This document shows positions 19,774-29,420 of a stretch of DNA of 34,436 nt, piece after piece. Both the position numbers and the translations under genes were made by a program. The notes beneath the pieces are model-generated. The model made no database searches, was not told the DNA's origin, and saw only the letters and a program-made list of their open reading frames with translations. Each line of letters starts with the position of its first letter. Positions within the stretch are counted from its first letter, which is position 1. Origin of the DNA: an uncultured archaeon (lineage in GTDB: Archaea > Asgardarchaeota > Lokiarchaeia > Sigyniarchaeales > SOKP01); assembly GCA_964525635.1 (NCBI GenBank), contig CAZGJX010000039.1:1-34436 (forward strand). The letters are read 5' to 3'.

Positions 19774-22614
19774 TCAAATATGCTTTTTTATAACTCTCCA
19801 TCTTAAAAAAATAAAAATAATAATAAATACAATTCCACAAATTAATGACATTAAGATATCGATCAATGAGGTAATCCAAACTATAGTTATTCCTGATCCT
19901 ATCGTAAAGATGTATTGGATAAATATTCGTAAATTTTCATTATGTTTTACATAGATAAATATGCACGCGCCTATGCAAACTCCTATTGAATAACTAATGT
20001 TAGTTGTTTCCTTTAATGTGCTATAATCCATAATTGCGAGTGAAAAAGCACCAATTATTCCAAAAATTAAAAATTGCCAGATATTCCTTTTTTCTTTTTC
20101 ATCGAAAGCTGTTTTTTTTATATGTCCAATCCCATTTCTATACAACGACCAAAATACCAAACCCGTACCAAAAATCTTTAAGAAAAAATGGCCAAAAAAG
20201 AGGTCTATATTTTCCAAAAAAGTAAGTTCTATATTATATCCAAGATTAACAAGAACATTAAGTAATTCATCAGGTATTGAGTATTCAAACAGAAAATTCA
20301 CAGCAGGAATTAGTTCCACAGTGAGTGTTGTTTTAACTACTGATCGTATAGCCCAAATTAATAAAATAACAACAAAAATATCAAAGATTTTATATATTTT
20401 TTTTTGAAAAACTACAACAGTAATTTTGATATAGCTTGAAATTGTAGGGATGATTGAAGCACCGATAAATAGATTTATTAATAGAGCTATCACAAATATG
20501 AGCCAAATTATTGGAAAAAAAGAGGGATTAGAGGTGAAATCAATAAAAAAATTGAAGGTAAAAAATCCTATTAATGCTATAATAGTTGCATACGCCAACA
20601 TACCGAATATGTTTTTTTTATTCCTTCTTCTAGTTCTTTTAACATCTCTATATTTTATTTCTTCTTCCAATTTACACATTTCTGATAAATTCATTAACCT
20701 ATCATACTCTTTTCCAGATGTTTTAAATGCTAAAGCTTTGAATTTTTTGGATCCCTCTTTAGATAAGAAGTTATGAGTTAAATTAACCTTCTTTAAATTA
20801 ACTAAATTACCCAAAGAATCTGGTAGGTATTTTAGGTTATTATTCTCTAAATTTAGAATTTCTAAATTCTGAAGATTTCCAAAAGATTCTGGAAGAATTT
20901 TTATTTTATTACCATATAAATTTAATTTTCTTAAAGATTTAAGGTTTCCAAAAGATTCTGGAAGAATTTTTAATTCATGAGAATCAAAATCAAGTATTGT
21001 CAAAGATTTTAAATTACCAAAATATTCTGGAAGTTCACTTAACGTTGCTTTATAAAAATATTTCGGAGCTTCCATATGTAATTCTTTAAGATTCTCTAAA
21101 ACACTGAAAAAATATGGAAGTTTTTTTAATGGATTATTATCTAAATACAATACTTCTAATAATTTTAATTTCCCAAAATCCTCGGGAAGGGTATTTAATA
21201 TATTATTCTCAATATGAAGTGTTTTTAATGATTTTAGATTTCCTATAGATGCTGGAATCATCATCAATCTGGTTAAAGCTAAATCTAAATCTTCAAGATT
21301 TTCCAATTTTGATATCTCATCTGGAAATGCAGATAATGGATTGCATCTAAGACTAAGTTTTTTCAGTGATTTTAATTTTTCAAATGATTTTGGAAGTTTT
21401 GTAAGTCCACAATTAAATAATCCAATACCTGTAACCCGTCCATTTGAGACCTTTATTCCAAAAGAGGTTTCAGATATATTAAATATTTGAGGAAAACCTC
21501 TTTTTTTAAATTTATCTATATCATGTGTGAATCTTACAAGAACAGAAGTTTTTAATTTGTTTAAAATTATATGTTCTAGATCTTCTAAGGCTTTAATTTC
21601 TTCAACATTGAAGATACAATTATTGTATTTTTCATTTGTGATATGAATTTCTTGGTTTTTTTTATTTTCCTCCAATAAACCGATAATATTATCAGCAATT
21701 TCTATGAAAATCTCCCTAATATTATATCCAGTTTTTGCAGATGACAATATATATGGGATACCAAATTTTTCAGCATTTTTTTTTAATTCTTTTTCTTTGA
21801 TAAAAGGTTTATCTATTAAATCTATTTTAGATCCAATTATCAAAATTGGAATTTCATATAGAACTGATTCATTTATTTCATCATACCATCTTTTTATACT
21901 TTTATAATAATTATTTTGAGTAATATCAATAACAATAATAACAGCATCCGCAAAATTATAGATTTTTTCTTTTGTTGGGTTGATTTGACAAATAAAACCA
22001 CCTGTATCCCAAATAAGGTAGTTAATTTTTGTATTTTCCGATATTTCTATATCTTTTTTATGAACCTCAAATCCTATGGTTGGTTTCAAATCTTCAAAAA
22101 ATATATCTTCAACGAATTTCTTTATTATTGAAGATTTTCCTGATTTATTATCTCCTATAAATACAATCTTTAAGGAGAAATGACCTTTGGGAATGATTCC
22201 ACCCTCAGATTTTGAGAAAAGTTTTAATATTCCGGGTATTTCAGAAGATATTTCTTGATTTCCCATTTTTATCGATTCAATTTTATCAGCAAGATGTACA
22301 GAATATACTTTTAATTCAATATCTGTGGTTGAGATTTCTGCAATTGTGGTAATCATTGTATATCCAAATGAGCAAATAACGTATTTTTTATCCTCTACTA
22401 TAAAGATTTCTAAAAAGGATTTGTCAATTCCATATTTATCATATATTTTATCAGTTTTTTTTTCAAGGAATTCTAGGATTAGTCCAATGGCAGACATTTC
22501 CCCTATTTTAATCATAATATTAGAGCTATCTATCCTATCTGTAATTATAACACCTATAATTCCCTTAACATTCTCCATATAGTTGAACAATAGTGTTTTT
22601 AGACGGTTTTCCAT
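19774..22614 (-). CDS. Roadblock-like / Rab-like small GTPase / leucine-rich repeat / multi-pass membrane fusion protein
   Basis: N-terminal VKGIIGVIITDR; G1 GDNKSGKSS, G2 PTIG, G3 WDTGG, G4 GSKID, G5 SSAKTG; ~9 LPESFGNLKSL..L.L..N repeats; ~7-8 hydrophobic segments at C-terminus. Confidence 0.85.
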   Translation of the reverse strand: MENRLKTLLFNYMENVKGIIGVIITDRIDSSNIMIKIGEMSAIGLILEFLEKKTDKIYDKYGIDKSFLEIFIVEDKKYVICSFGYTMITTIAEISTTDIELKVYSVHLADKIESIKMGNQEISSEIPGILKLFSKSEGGIIPKGHFSLKIVFIGDNKSGKSSIIKKFVEDIFFEDLKPTIGFEVHKKDIEISENTKINYLIWDTGGFICQINPTKEKIYNFADAVIIVIDITQNNYYKSIKRWYDEINESVLYEIPILIIGSKIDLIDKPFIKEKELKKNAEKFGIPYILSSAKTGYNIREIFIEIADNIIGLLEENKKNQEIHITNEKYNNCIFNVEEIKALEDLEHIILNKLKTSVLVRFTHDIDKFKKRGFPQIFNISETSFGIKVSNGRVTGIGLFNCGLTKLPKSFEKLKSLKKLSLRCNPLSAFPDEISKLENLEDLDLALTRLMMIPASIGNLKSLKTLHIENNILNTLPEDFGKLKLLEVLYLDNNPLKKLPYFFSVLENLKELHMEAPKYFYKATLSELPEYFGNLKSLTILDFDSHELKILPESFGNLKSLRKLNLYGNKIKILPESFGNLQNLEILNLENNNLKYLPDSLGNLVNLKKVNLTHNFLSKEGSKKFKALAFKTSGKEYDRLMNLSEMCKLEEEIKYRDVKRTRRRNKKNIFGMLAYATIIALIGFFTFNFFIDFTSNPSFFPIIWLIFVIALLINLFIGASIIPTISSYIKITVVVFQKKIYKIFDIFVVILLIWAIRSVVKTTLTVELIPAVNFLFEYSIPDELLNVLVNLGYNIELTFLENIDLFFGHFFLKIFGTGLVFWSLYRNGIGHIKKTAFDEKEKRNIWQFLIFGIIGAFSLAIMDYSTLKETTNISYSIGVCIGACIFIYVKHNENLRIFIQYIFTIGSGITIVWITSLIDILMSLICGIVFIIIFIFLRWRVIKKHI

Positions 22615-22993
22615 TTTATAACTATAATATAAAAATTAGAAAATAAAAGGTTTAATTTTAAGAAATAGAGAAAAATAATATATGAATTCTATAGTTTTAT
22701 TATTAAATGGTTCAATAAATGATTAAAAAATAGTATCTTAGATTTTAAATCATTTAAGTAAATTTAAGATTTATTATCTATTAATTGTGTTAAATTCTGT
22801 TTTTTTCATTGAATTAAAGTTTAGATTTAAGAAATTTAATACTGACAATGCTTTCAAATTATAAAATTAAAGACAAATGTTATACAATTAAAATTTTAGA
22901 CATAAAAGATTGTTTTTTTTATAACATTTGTAAATATTTAAAAATAAATTCTATTAATTAAAGTGTAAAGATAAATGAAAAATATGATTTAAA

Positions 22994-23398
22994 TTGTCTA
23001 AAAAAGAAATTATTGAAAATCTAAATAGTTTAATTCAGGAATTCACAAATTCTCAGAGTGATGTTCAAGGTCAAATTGTCATTGCTTTTCCTTCGGGTGT
23101 CCCAATAGCTAATAGTTGGGAAGGAACAATTAATCCAATTTTAGTTGGAGCACTATCTGCAGCTGTTAAATTAACTTTTCAGAATTTATGTGTACATTTA
23201 AACAAGGGAAATCTTAAAAGATTATTAATGAATAGTGAATATGGAAGAGCAATCATCCAAAATGCTGGTGAAAATGCTATTTTAACTACTTTAATTGATG
23301 GAGAAGCAGATATGTTAAGAATAGCATTTGGGGTAACTAATTTGGCTTTAGATATTGAAAAGATAATGAAAGATTATGAATTTACAGGTGAGATCTAA
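22994..23398 (+). CDS. Roadblock/LC7-domain protein
   Basis: 134 aa; DVQGQIVIAFPSGVPIAN, VGALSAA, L.KG.L....MNSEYG..II..AG..AIL pattern. Confidence 0.85.
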   Translation: MSKKEIIENLNSLIQEFTNSQSDVQGQIVIAFPSGVPIANSWEGTINPILVGALSAAVKLTFQNLCVHLNKGNLKRLLMNSEYGRAIIQNAGENAILTTLIDGEADMLRIAFGVTNLALDIEKIMKDYEFTGEI

Positions 23399-23400
23399 AA

Positions 23401-24372
23401 ATGACAGAAAAAACAGATTTATTAGAAATATTACAGGAAATTGAATTTATAACGGATATTAATGGTTGTTTTTTTATTAATGCAGAAGATAATAGTTTAA
23501 TAGAATCAACTATCCCATTTAATATTCGTAAAGAGATTTTATGGGAAATATGCGTATTGAAAGATACTTTTCAGCAATTCTCAGATGAGATTAAACATGG
23601 AGACCTTTCAGAACTGATGTTAGAAGGTGATAAAGGATATATTTTTCTTTTCAGTATTCCCCCTCACTTGGTTTTATTAGCTATGGCATCATATGAAACA
23701 AATATCTCTTATTTAAAATTAGCTATGATTGATATTTTAAAAAGAGTTAAAGTACGAATAAAGGAATTAGGTGATGATGTTTTAGCAATACCAGTTAAGG
23801 AATTTGTTGATATAGAACCGGCTAGACGTGCTCAAATTGCTATTAAGCCTACCAAACCAATCCCAGTTGCTACAGAACCTGCTAAACCTATTAAGGTTGT
23901 TAAGCCTATTCCTGTTGTTGCTGAACCTGCTAAACCTATTAGAGTTGTTGAACCTACTCCTATTGCTACTGAGCCTGCTGAACCTATTGAAGTAGTTGAA
24001 CCTATTCCAGTTGCTGCTGAACCTACTCCATTAGTCTCTATTGCTAAAGTTTCAGAAGCAGAGGAAATGAATATTGAAACCATGATTGATTCTATAAATA
24101 GTAAAGAACTCACAGATAAATATATGGTTCTTAAGAAAATATTCGATAAATTAAAAAATGATATAAAAACACTTACTGGCGTAAAGATTTCAAAAATTCT
24201 CGATCTTCTAAAGGATTCTATATTAAATAATATAGGAACTTCGCTTGCTCTTTTTGATCTCTCAAGAAGTTCTAAAGATTTAAGTAAAAATTATGAATCA
24301 TTACAACCAGATGAAATAAATAAACTTAAAAACAAAATAGACAATTGGTCAAGTCGAATTATAAAATTATAG
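23401..24372 (+). CDS. Roadblock-like domain, Pro-rich repeat linker and helical C-terminal domain
   Basis: HGDLSELMLEGDKGYIFLF...LVLLAMA roadblock pattern; 2-nt gap to upstream gene. Confidence 0.75.
   Translation: MTEKTDLLEILQEIEFITDINGCFFINAEDNSLIESTIPFNIRKEILWEICVLKDTFQQFSDEIKHGDLSELMLEGDKGYIFLFSIPPHLVLLAMASYETNISYLKLAMIDILKRVKVRIKELGDDVLAIPVKEFVDIEPARRAQIAIKPTKPIPVATEPAKPIKVVKPIPVVAEPAKPIRVVEPTPIATEPAEPIEVVEPIPVAAEPTPLVSIAKVSEAEEMNIETMIDSINSKELTDKYMVLKKIFDKLKNDIKTLTGVKISKILDLLKDSILNNIGTSLALFDLSRSSKDLSKNYESLQPDEINKLKNKIDNWSSRIIKL
23854..24030 (+). repeat. Coding tandem repeat, 48 bp/16 aa, ~3.7 copies
   Basis: KPIPVATEPAKPIKVV / KPIPVVAEPAKPIRVV / EPTPIATEPAEPIEVV / EPIPVAAEPTP. Confidence 0.9.
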
Positions 24373-24383
24373 AGGTGATAAAA

Positions 24384-24893
24384 ATAAGTCTGATTTTATA
24401 TGAAGTAGAAGGTAGAGAAATACTTCCAGTAGAAGAAGCGACATTCGAGAGTAATAAGATTTATATTATAATAGATAAACACAGAAAAAAAAGATCAAAA
24501 ATATGGATATGGAGTGGTCCTGACTCAAATATATTAGACAGATATTTCGCTGGAGTATCTGCAACCAGAATTAAATCAAAAGAGAAACTTTATGGAGCTA
24601 GCATAGAAGTTGTTGAGAGTGGAAATGAACCTAAACAATTTCCGAAACTCACAAAAGATAGGATTATGAAACCAACTGAAGAAGAACCATCCTTTATGTC
24701 TGAAGATATTGTAGAAGAAGTATCCAAAGCTGAGGATATATTCATAGAAGAAGTTCATTCTGAACCATTATTAATACCAAAGGAGAGTGGAGATATGATA
24801 TCCATTCAAAAAATGACTGGTTTCTTAAAAGAATTATCACTAGATCTTGGAAAAATGAGAGAAAAAATCAACAAGTTTTTGTCAGATTTGTAA
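24384..24893 (+). CDS. Single gelsolin-like domain protein with acidic linker and C-terminal helix; probable ATA start
   Basis: LYEVEG...FESNKIYIII...IWIWSG..S...R..A..I......IEVVESGNEPKQF is a gelsolin-domain signature; GAGGTGA at 24372-24378 precedes ATA. Confidence 0.75.
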   Translation: MSLILYEVEGREILPVEEATFESNKIYIIIDKHRKKRSKIWIWSGPDSNILDRYFAGVSATRIKSKEKLYGASIEVVESGNEPKQFPKLTKDRIMKPTEEEPSFMSEDIVEEVSKAEDIFIEEVHSEPLLIPKESGDMISIQKMTGFLKELSLDLGKMREKINKFLSDL

Positions 24894-24960
24894 AATAAGG
24901 AGTTTAATCAGAAATTAAATTAATTTTATTAATATTTTTAGTAGAGAGGTTGAATATTTT

Positions 24961-26277
24961 ATGTTAGACGCAAGTGTAGGAATAACAACAGAAAAAGATA
25001 GTTATTTGGCAGGAAAAAAAGTTGCTAAAGAGACCTTAGGAGGGATGAGTTCAAAACCTAAATTAGCAATATTAGCTATAGATTCACTTACTCGAAGACA
25101 TTTTAATAATAAAGAAGTCCTAAGGGGAGTAAGAGATGAACTTGGTCCAGATGTAACACTAATTGGTAGTACTGTTAATGGAATATTGGTAAAAGATCGT
25201 TTCGCACTAAGAAGTATAGGTTTAATGTTATTAGGTGGTGATATATCTGTCGATTCATCTTATAATTACAATAAATCGAGGATAGAATATAAAAGTATTG
25301 CAGAAAAAATATACCAAAAAGCAAGTGCTTTAGAACCTAAAGATAATCGAATTATGATAATGTTTCAAGATGGAATGAAATTTCCCCCCGAAATCTTAGC
25401 TAAACAGAATTCATTAAATAGTCGAGTAGTTTCCTTATTATCTGGTTTAGTAAACAGATTTTTTAAAAGACAACTAGAAGATATGAAAGAACAAGGAATG
25501 GGAATGCCTACGGTTCAAGAATTACTTGAAGCCCTTTATGCAAAAGGATATAATCTTCCAGTAATTGGAAATATTTCAACTAATATACGCGATTACGATT
25601 CTGAAGAATTTTATAATGATGAAGTTGGGACAGACAAGGTTGTTGGAGCTATTTTATCTGGAAACAGTTCAACTAAATTTGGTTTTGGATTTGCTGCAGG
25701 AGCAGAATCTATGGGAAAAAAATGCAAACCTACGAAAAATATAGGAAATTTTATTTTAAAGATTGATGGAAAACCTGCTTTATTAGGTTTGTGTTCAGCT
25801 GTGGGAATAAATATAGAATCATTACATGAGTTAAGATCTTCAGATTATCTGAATTATTATTTAATATTAGGTACTAAAGAAATGATAAAGGATAAAGAAT
25901 ATATACATCTAACAGCGACAATCACTAATCCTGAGCTTGAAAGTCTTATTAATACAGGATTTCCATTTGATCGAGTTCCTGACGAAATTGAAATCTTTCA
26001 GAGTAATATGAATATACTCCATAAAACAGCAGAAAGATCGATAAGTCAAGCTTTAGCTAATATTTCAAATCCTAAATTTCTTTTAGGAATAGATTGTGCA
26101 ATACGATTTATCGCGTATGGTGATAATTTCCCAAAGATTATAAAAACAATTGATGATATTATTGGTAAAGATATTCCTAGAATGATCATTGGTTCTGGTG
26201 GTGAAATATATGGAACCAAAGATGTAGATTGGTATTTTAACAATATGACGTATGTAACCTTGGCAGGAGGAGATTAG
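24961..26277 (+). CDS. Standalone FIST N/C-domain sensory protein
   Basis: DSY.AG...A, LIGST..G, N.ILKIDGKPAL, DCAIRF, GGEI...FNNMT.V.L motifs. Confidence 0.8.
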   Translation: MLDASVGITTEKDSYLAGKKVAKETLGGMSSKPKLAILAIDSLTRRHFNNKEVLRGVRDELGPDVTLIGSTVNGILVKDRFALRSIGLMLLGGDISVDSSYNYNKSRIEYKSIAEKIYQKASALEPKDNRIMIMFQDGMKFPPEILAKQNSLNSRVVSLLSGLVNRFFKRQLEDMKEQGMGMPTVQELLEALYAKGYNLPVIGNISTNIRDYDSEEFYNDEVGTDKVVGAILSGNSSTKFGFGFAAGAESMGKKCKPTKNIGNFILKIDGKPALLGLCSAVGINIESLHELRSSDYLNYYLILGTKEMIKDKEYIHLTATITNPELESLINTGFPFDRVPDEIEIFQSNMNILHKTAERSISQALANISNPKFLLGIDCAIRFIAYGDNFPKIIKTIDDIIGKDIPRMIIGSGGEIYGTKDVDWYFNNMTYVTLAGGD

Positions 26278-26420
26278 TTCATCTATATGAAATTGGAAAA
26301 TAAAAGTATTATTTAATTTTTTTTTTAACTTAAATAAAGGATAATCTTTATAATTAAATTTTATCTTATTCGATAAATATTAAAATAATTATTATCACCA
26401 AATGGACAAACATTTATTAA

Positions 26421-27611
26421 TTGATAAAAATGATAATAGATGAGTTATTAACTAAGGGTAAACAAAATTTTCGTGAAGACAATCAAGAAAAAGTTAAAAA
26501 TGAACGTTTTAAAGCAATATTAGAAACGGTAAAGCATCAATTTGAAAAATGTGGTTTCTATCGTCAATTTTGTCGACAAAAGAATTTTAATCCTACCAAC
26601 TTGAAATCAATTGATGATATTGCTAAAATACCTTATTTAACTACAGCAAACTTTAAAAAAAGATCAGGAAGACCGAAGGAATTATTATGTGTTCCCGAGA
26701 GTGATATTCTTGTCTGGACTATGTCAAGTGGCACTTCAGGAGACCCTTCTTTAATTGGAAGAGATTTAAAGCATTTAGAACGATATTTCATAATGTTTGA
26801 TTTTGTTCTAGAAGAATTATGTAATTTGACACATTATGATTGGTCTTTCTTTTTTCAACCAAAACCCAGACAGAGATTAACGAATAAAGATAAGGTCCCT
26901 CAACCTCTAAACCATATGGGTTACATATTCAATGTTGCAAATAAACTTCCTATGGAAAAACGATATTATGCTCTAAAATTAGCAGATGAAGAATCAAGGA
27001 AAAAAGGTAAAATTTTTGAATTTGATGCTGAAACAGCATTTGGATTCTTTAATTCAAATCCAGTAGAAAAGGGGATTGGTTGGATTGGAGGTGCTGTTCC
27101 TTTAATGTATGGATCTTTAAAAGGATATTATGAAAAAACAGGTCAAGGATTTAATGTTGGGAAAGATACTATATTTGTATCTGGAGGGGGATGGAAATCT
27201 TTTTCAGGAGAGGCTGTTTCACCCGTTAAATTTCGGGAAGATATGACAAAAATCTTAGGAATCCCAAAAGAACAAATCTTAGATGTATATAGTTTTACTG
27301 AGACAGATTGTGTTCATGCTGAATGTGAATATCATAATAAACATCTTCTACCTTGGCAAGATATTGTAGTAAGGGATGTTGAAACTTTAGAACCTGTGGA
27401 AATGGGTGAAAAAGGTCTTAATAATGTAATTAATCCTATTGCTTATAGTTTCGCTGGTGTATCAATTCTACAAGATGATATTGTTCGGGTTGTTATGGAA
27501 GATGATTGTCCTTGCGGAAGAAAAGGTAAAGTTATTGAGGTTTTAGGTAGAGCAGAAGGTGCAGAAGCTAAGGGATGTGGGGCTCAAATGACAGAAGAAA
27601 CCAATATATAA
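26421..27611 (+). CDS. luxE: LuxE-family acyl-protein synthetase (fatty-acid activating)
   Basis: IPYLTTANFK, SSGTSG, GGGWK, DVYSFTE, SILQDD, CPCGRKG...VLGRA.GAEAKGC with the C-terminal acylation Cys; start may be ATG 26430. Confidence 0.85.
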   Translation: MIKMIIDELLTKGKQNFREDNQEKVKNERFKAILETVKHQFEKCGFYRQFCRQKNFNPTNLKSIDDIAKIPYLTTANFKKRSGRPKELLCVPESDILVWTMSSGTSGDPSLIGRDLKHLERYFIMFDFVLEELCNLTHYDWSFFFQPKPRQRLTNKDKVPQPLNHMGYIFNVANKLPMEKRYYALKLADEESRKKGKIFEFDAETAFGFFNSNPVEKGIGWIGGAVPLMYGSLKGYYEKTGQGFNVGKDTIFVSGGGWKSFSGEAVSPVKFREDMTKILGIPKEQILDVYSFTETDCVHAECEYHNKHLLPWQDIVVRDVETLEPVEMGEKGLNNVINPIAYSFAGVSILQDDIVRVVMEDDCPCGRKGKVIEVLGRAEGAEAKGCGAQMTEETNI

Positions 27612-27703
27612 AAATATAAGAATAATTGAATTATACTTTAAAAAACATTATCTTATTTTTATTTTTAAAAATAATTATATTTTATTTTTTTTATTTTATT
27701 GTT

Positions 27704-29392
27704 ATGAAAAAAAGAATTAATATTCCTGGATTTATTTTTAAACCTATTTATTCTGAAAGTACTACAAAAGAGGAAATTAAACGTCAGGAGGATATTTTAG
27801 AGATTGAATTTCCTGTTTTTAATAAGAATCAAGTTTTAAAAACAGCTGAACTCCTTGCTCTAAAAAAGAGAAGAGCTCATGATAGACATATAGATGATAT
27901 TTTAGATGTTATTGATCAATTAGGTGCATTATGGCGGGATCCATATTATGATCTTCGTAAAGAAGCATTAGAAATCCTTCCAATGATAACAGGACAATCT
28001 AAAAAATTAATTGAAATTGAACTCATGGCAACCCTAATAATGTGCGAAAGAAAGATTGCAGAGGCTCAATTAATTGGTGAGATTGGAGGCAAACAATATT
28101 TAGAAGATTGGATTCCAAGAGGTAATACAAGAATTCATGCTCAACCTCGAGGTCTCGTTTTTCATAATCTTGCAGGTAATGCATTTAACTTAGGATTATT
28201 AACACTCTTTTTTGGTCTAATAACTAAAAATGTTAATTTAATCAAATTATCCCATGGAGAACCATACTTTTTAATAAGAATTTGCGAATCTATTTATGAT
28301 ATTGATAAAAAAATAGCGAAAGAAATTGCTGCAATTTATTGGAAAGGGAGTAGTGGTGACATTTATGATGAATTGTTTAATTCTGGATATGTTGATTGTG
28401 TTTTAGCTTGGGGGGGAATTCAATCAATCGAAGAAATAAGAAGAAGAGCATATCGTTATGGTATAAAAATAATAGATCATGGACCAAAACTATCTTTTAG
28501 TGTTATATCAGATGATATATTTAAAAATATTGAAGTAATGAGAGAATCCGCGAGGAAAATTGCCTTAGATTTAGTATACTGGAACCAAAAAGCATGTTTA
28601 AGCCCAAGAATAATATATATTGTGGAAAAACCCCAAAAAGTTGATTTTTTTAAAAAATTTAGTAATGGAACATCAGAAGAGAATGATAATAATAAAATAT
28701 TTTCTTCAATTGAAGAAGTTCTTTCTGATAGTATCACGGAATCTTCTTATACTTTAAATTCAAATAGTATTATTTCTCAAATGCAACGCTCAATGAAGTT
28801 ACTTAAGGATGAAATTTCGGAATTATCAACAAAAGCTTTTGCAAAATTATTAGCTCAAGGATTAAAAGAGGCAAATATAATGCTTCCCCGTTCTCACCTA
28901 ACACAAGCAGATGGTATACAGATGAATAAAAAGAGAGAATATTTTATGATGAATTATGCTTTTAAAAAACGTGCTATCCTTTATTATCCTTCCAAAGATA
29001 AATTAGATTGGACTGTTGTTTTTTTGCGAGATTTGCCTTCCATGCTTGAAGTAGATATGTGCCAAGACCGATTTGTTATAGTTACAAGAATTTCAAATAT
29101 ACAAGATTTAATATATTCTATAAGAAAAGAACATTTACAGCAGTATCTTCAAACAGTATCAATCTATGGTTCAGATAATTTTGTTAAAGAAGTATCTGAA
29201 GAATTATCATTATTAGGAGCAAATAGATTTCCAAGAATAGGCGAACATAACATTCAATCTATTGGGATGCCATGGGATGGCCATTATACACTTCAAGAAA
29301 TGATAAAATGGGTTTATATTGCATTTCTTAATAAAGAATCCGAGGAAGATGACAATGGAAGGATTAATCTAATGGATGGGTTTGATGGATAA
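27704..29392 (+). CDS. luxC: LuxC-family acyl-CoA/acyl-protein reductase
   Basis: PRGLVFHNLAGN, AWGG, HGPKLSF, WNQKACLSP catalytic Cys, YLQTV, GMPWDG..L motifs; likely start MKKRI at 27704. Confidence 0.88.
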   Translation: MKKRINIPGFIFKPIYSESTTKEEIKRQEDILEIEFPVFNKNQVLKTAELLALKKRRAHDRHIDDILDVIDQLGALWRDPYYDLRKEALEILPMITGQSKKLIEIELMATLIMCERKIAEAQLIGEIGGKQYLEDWIPRGNTRIHAQPRGLVFHNLAGNAFNLGLLTLFFGLITKNVNLIKLSHGEPYFLIRICESIYDIDKKIAKEIAAIYWKGSSGDIYDELFNSGYVDCVLAWGGIQSIEEIRRRAYRYGIKIIDHGPKLSFSVISDDIFKNIEVMRESARKIALDLVYWNQKACLSPRIIYIVEKPQKVDFFKKFSNGTSEENDNNKIFSSIEEVLSDSITESSYTLNSNSIISQMQRSMKLLKDEISELSTKAFAKLLAQGLKEANIMLPRSHLTQADGIQMNKKREYFMMNYAFKKRAILYYPSKDKLDWTVVFLRDLPSMLEVDMCQDRFVIVTRISNIQDLIYSIRKEHLQQYLQTVSIYGSDNFVKEVSEELSLLGANRFPRIGEHNIQSIGMPWDGHYTLQEMIKWVYIAFLNKESEEDDNGRINLMDGFDG

Positions 29393-29420
29393 AAAGGAAT
29401 TTTAAAAAAATTTGAATTTT

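Noticed and set aside
19774-22614. Roco/LRRK protein
   Set aside because: GTPase precedes the LRRs and no COR domain is evident
26421-29392. Bioluminescence operon
   Set aside because: No luxA, luxB, luxD or luxG in the window
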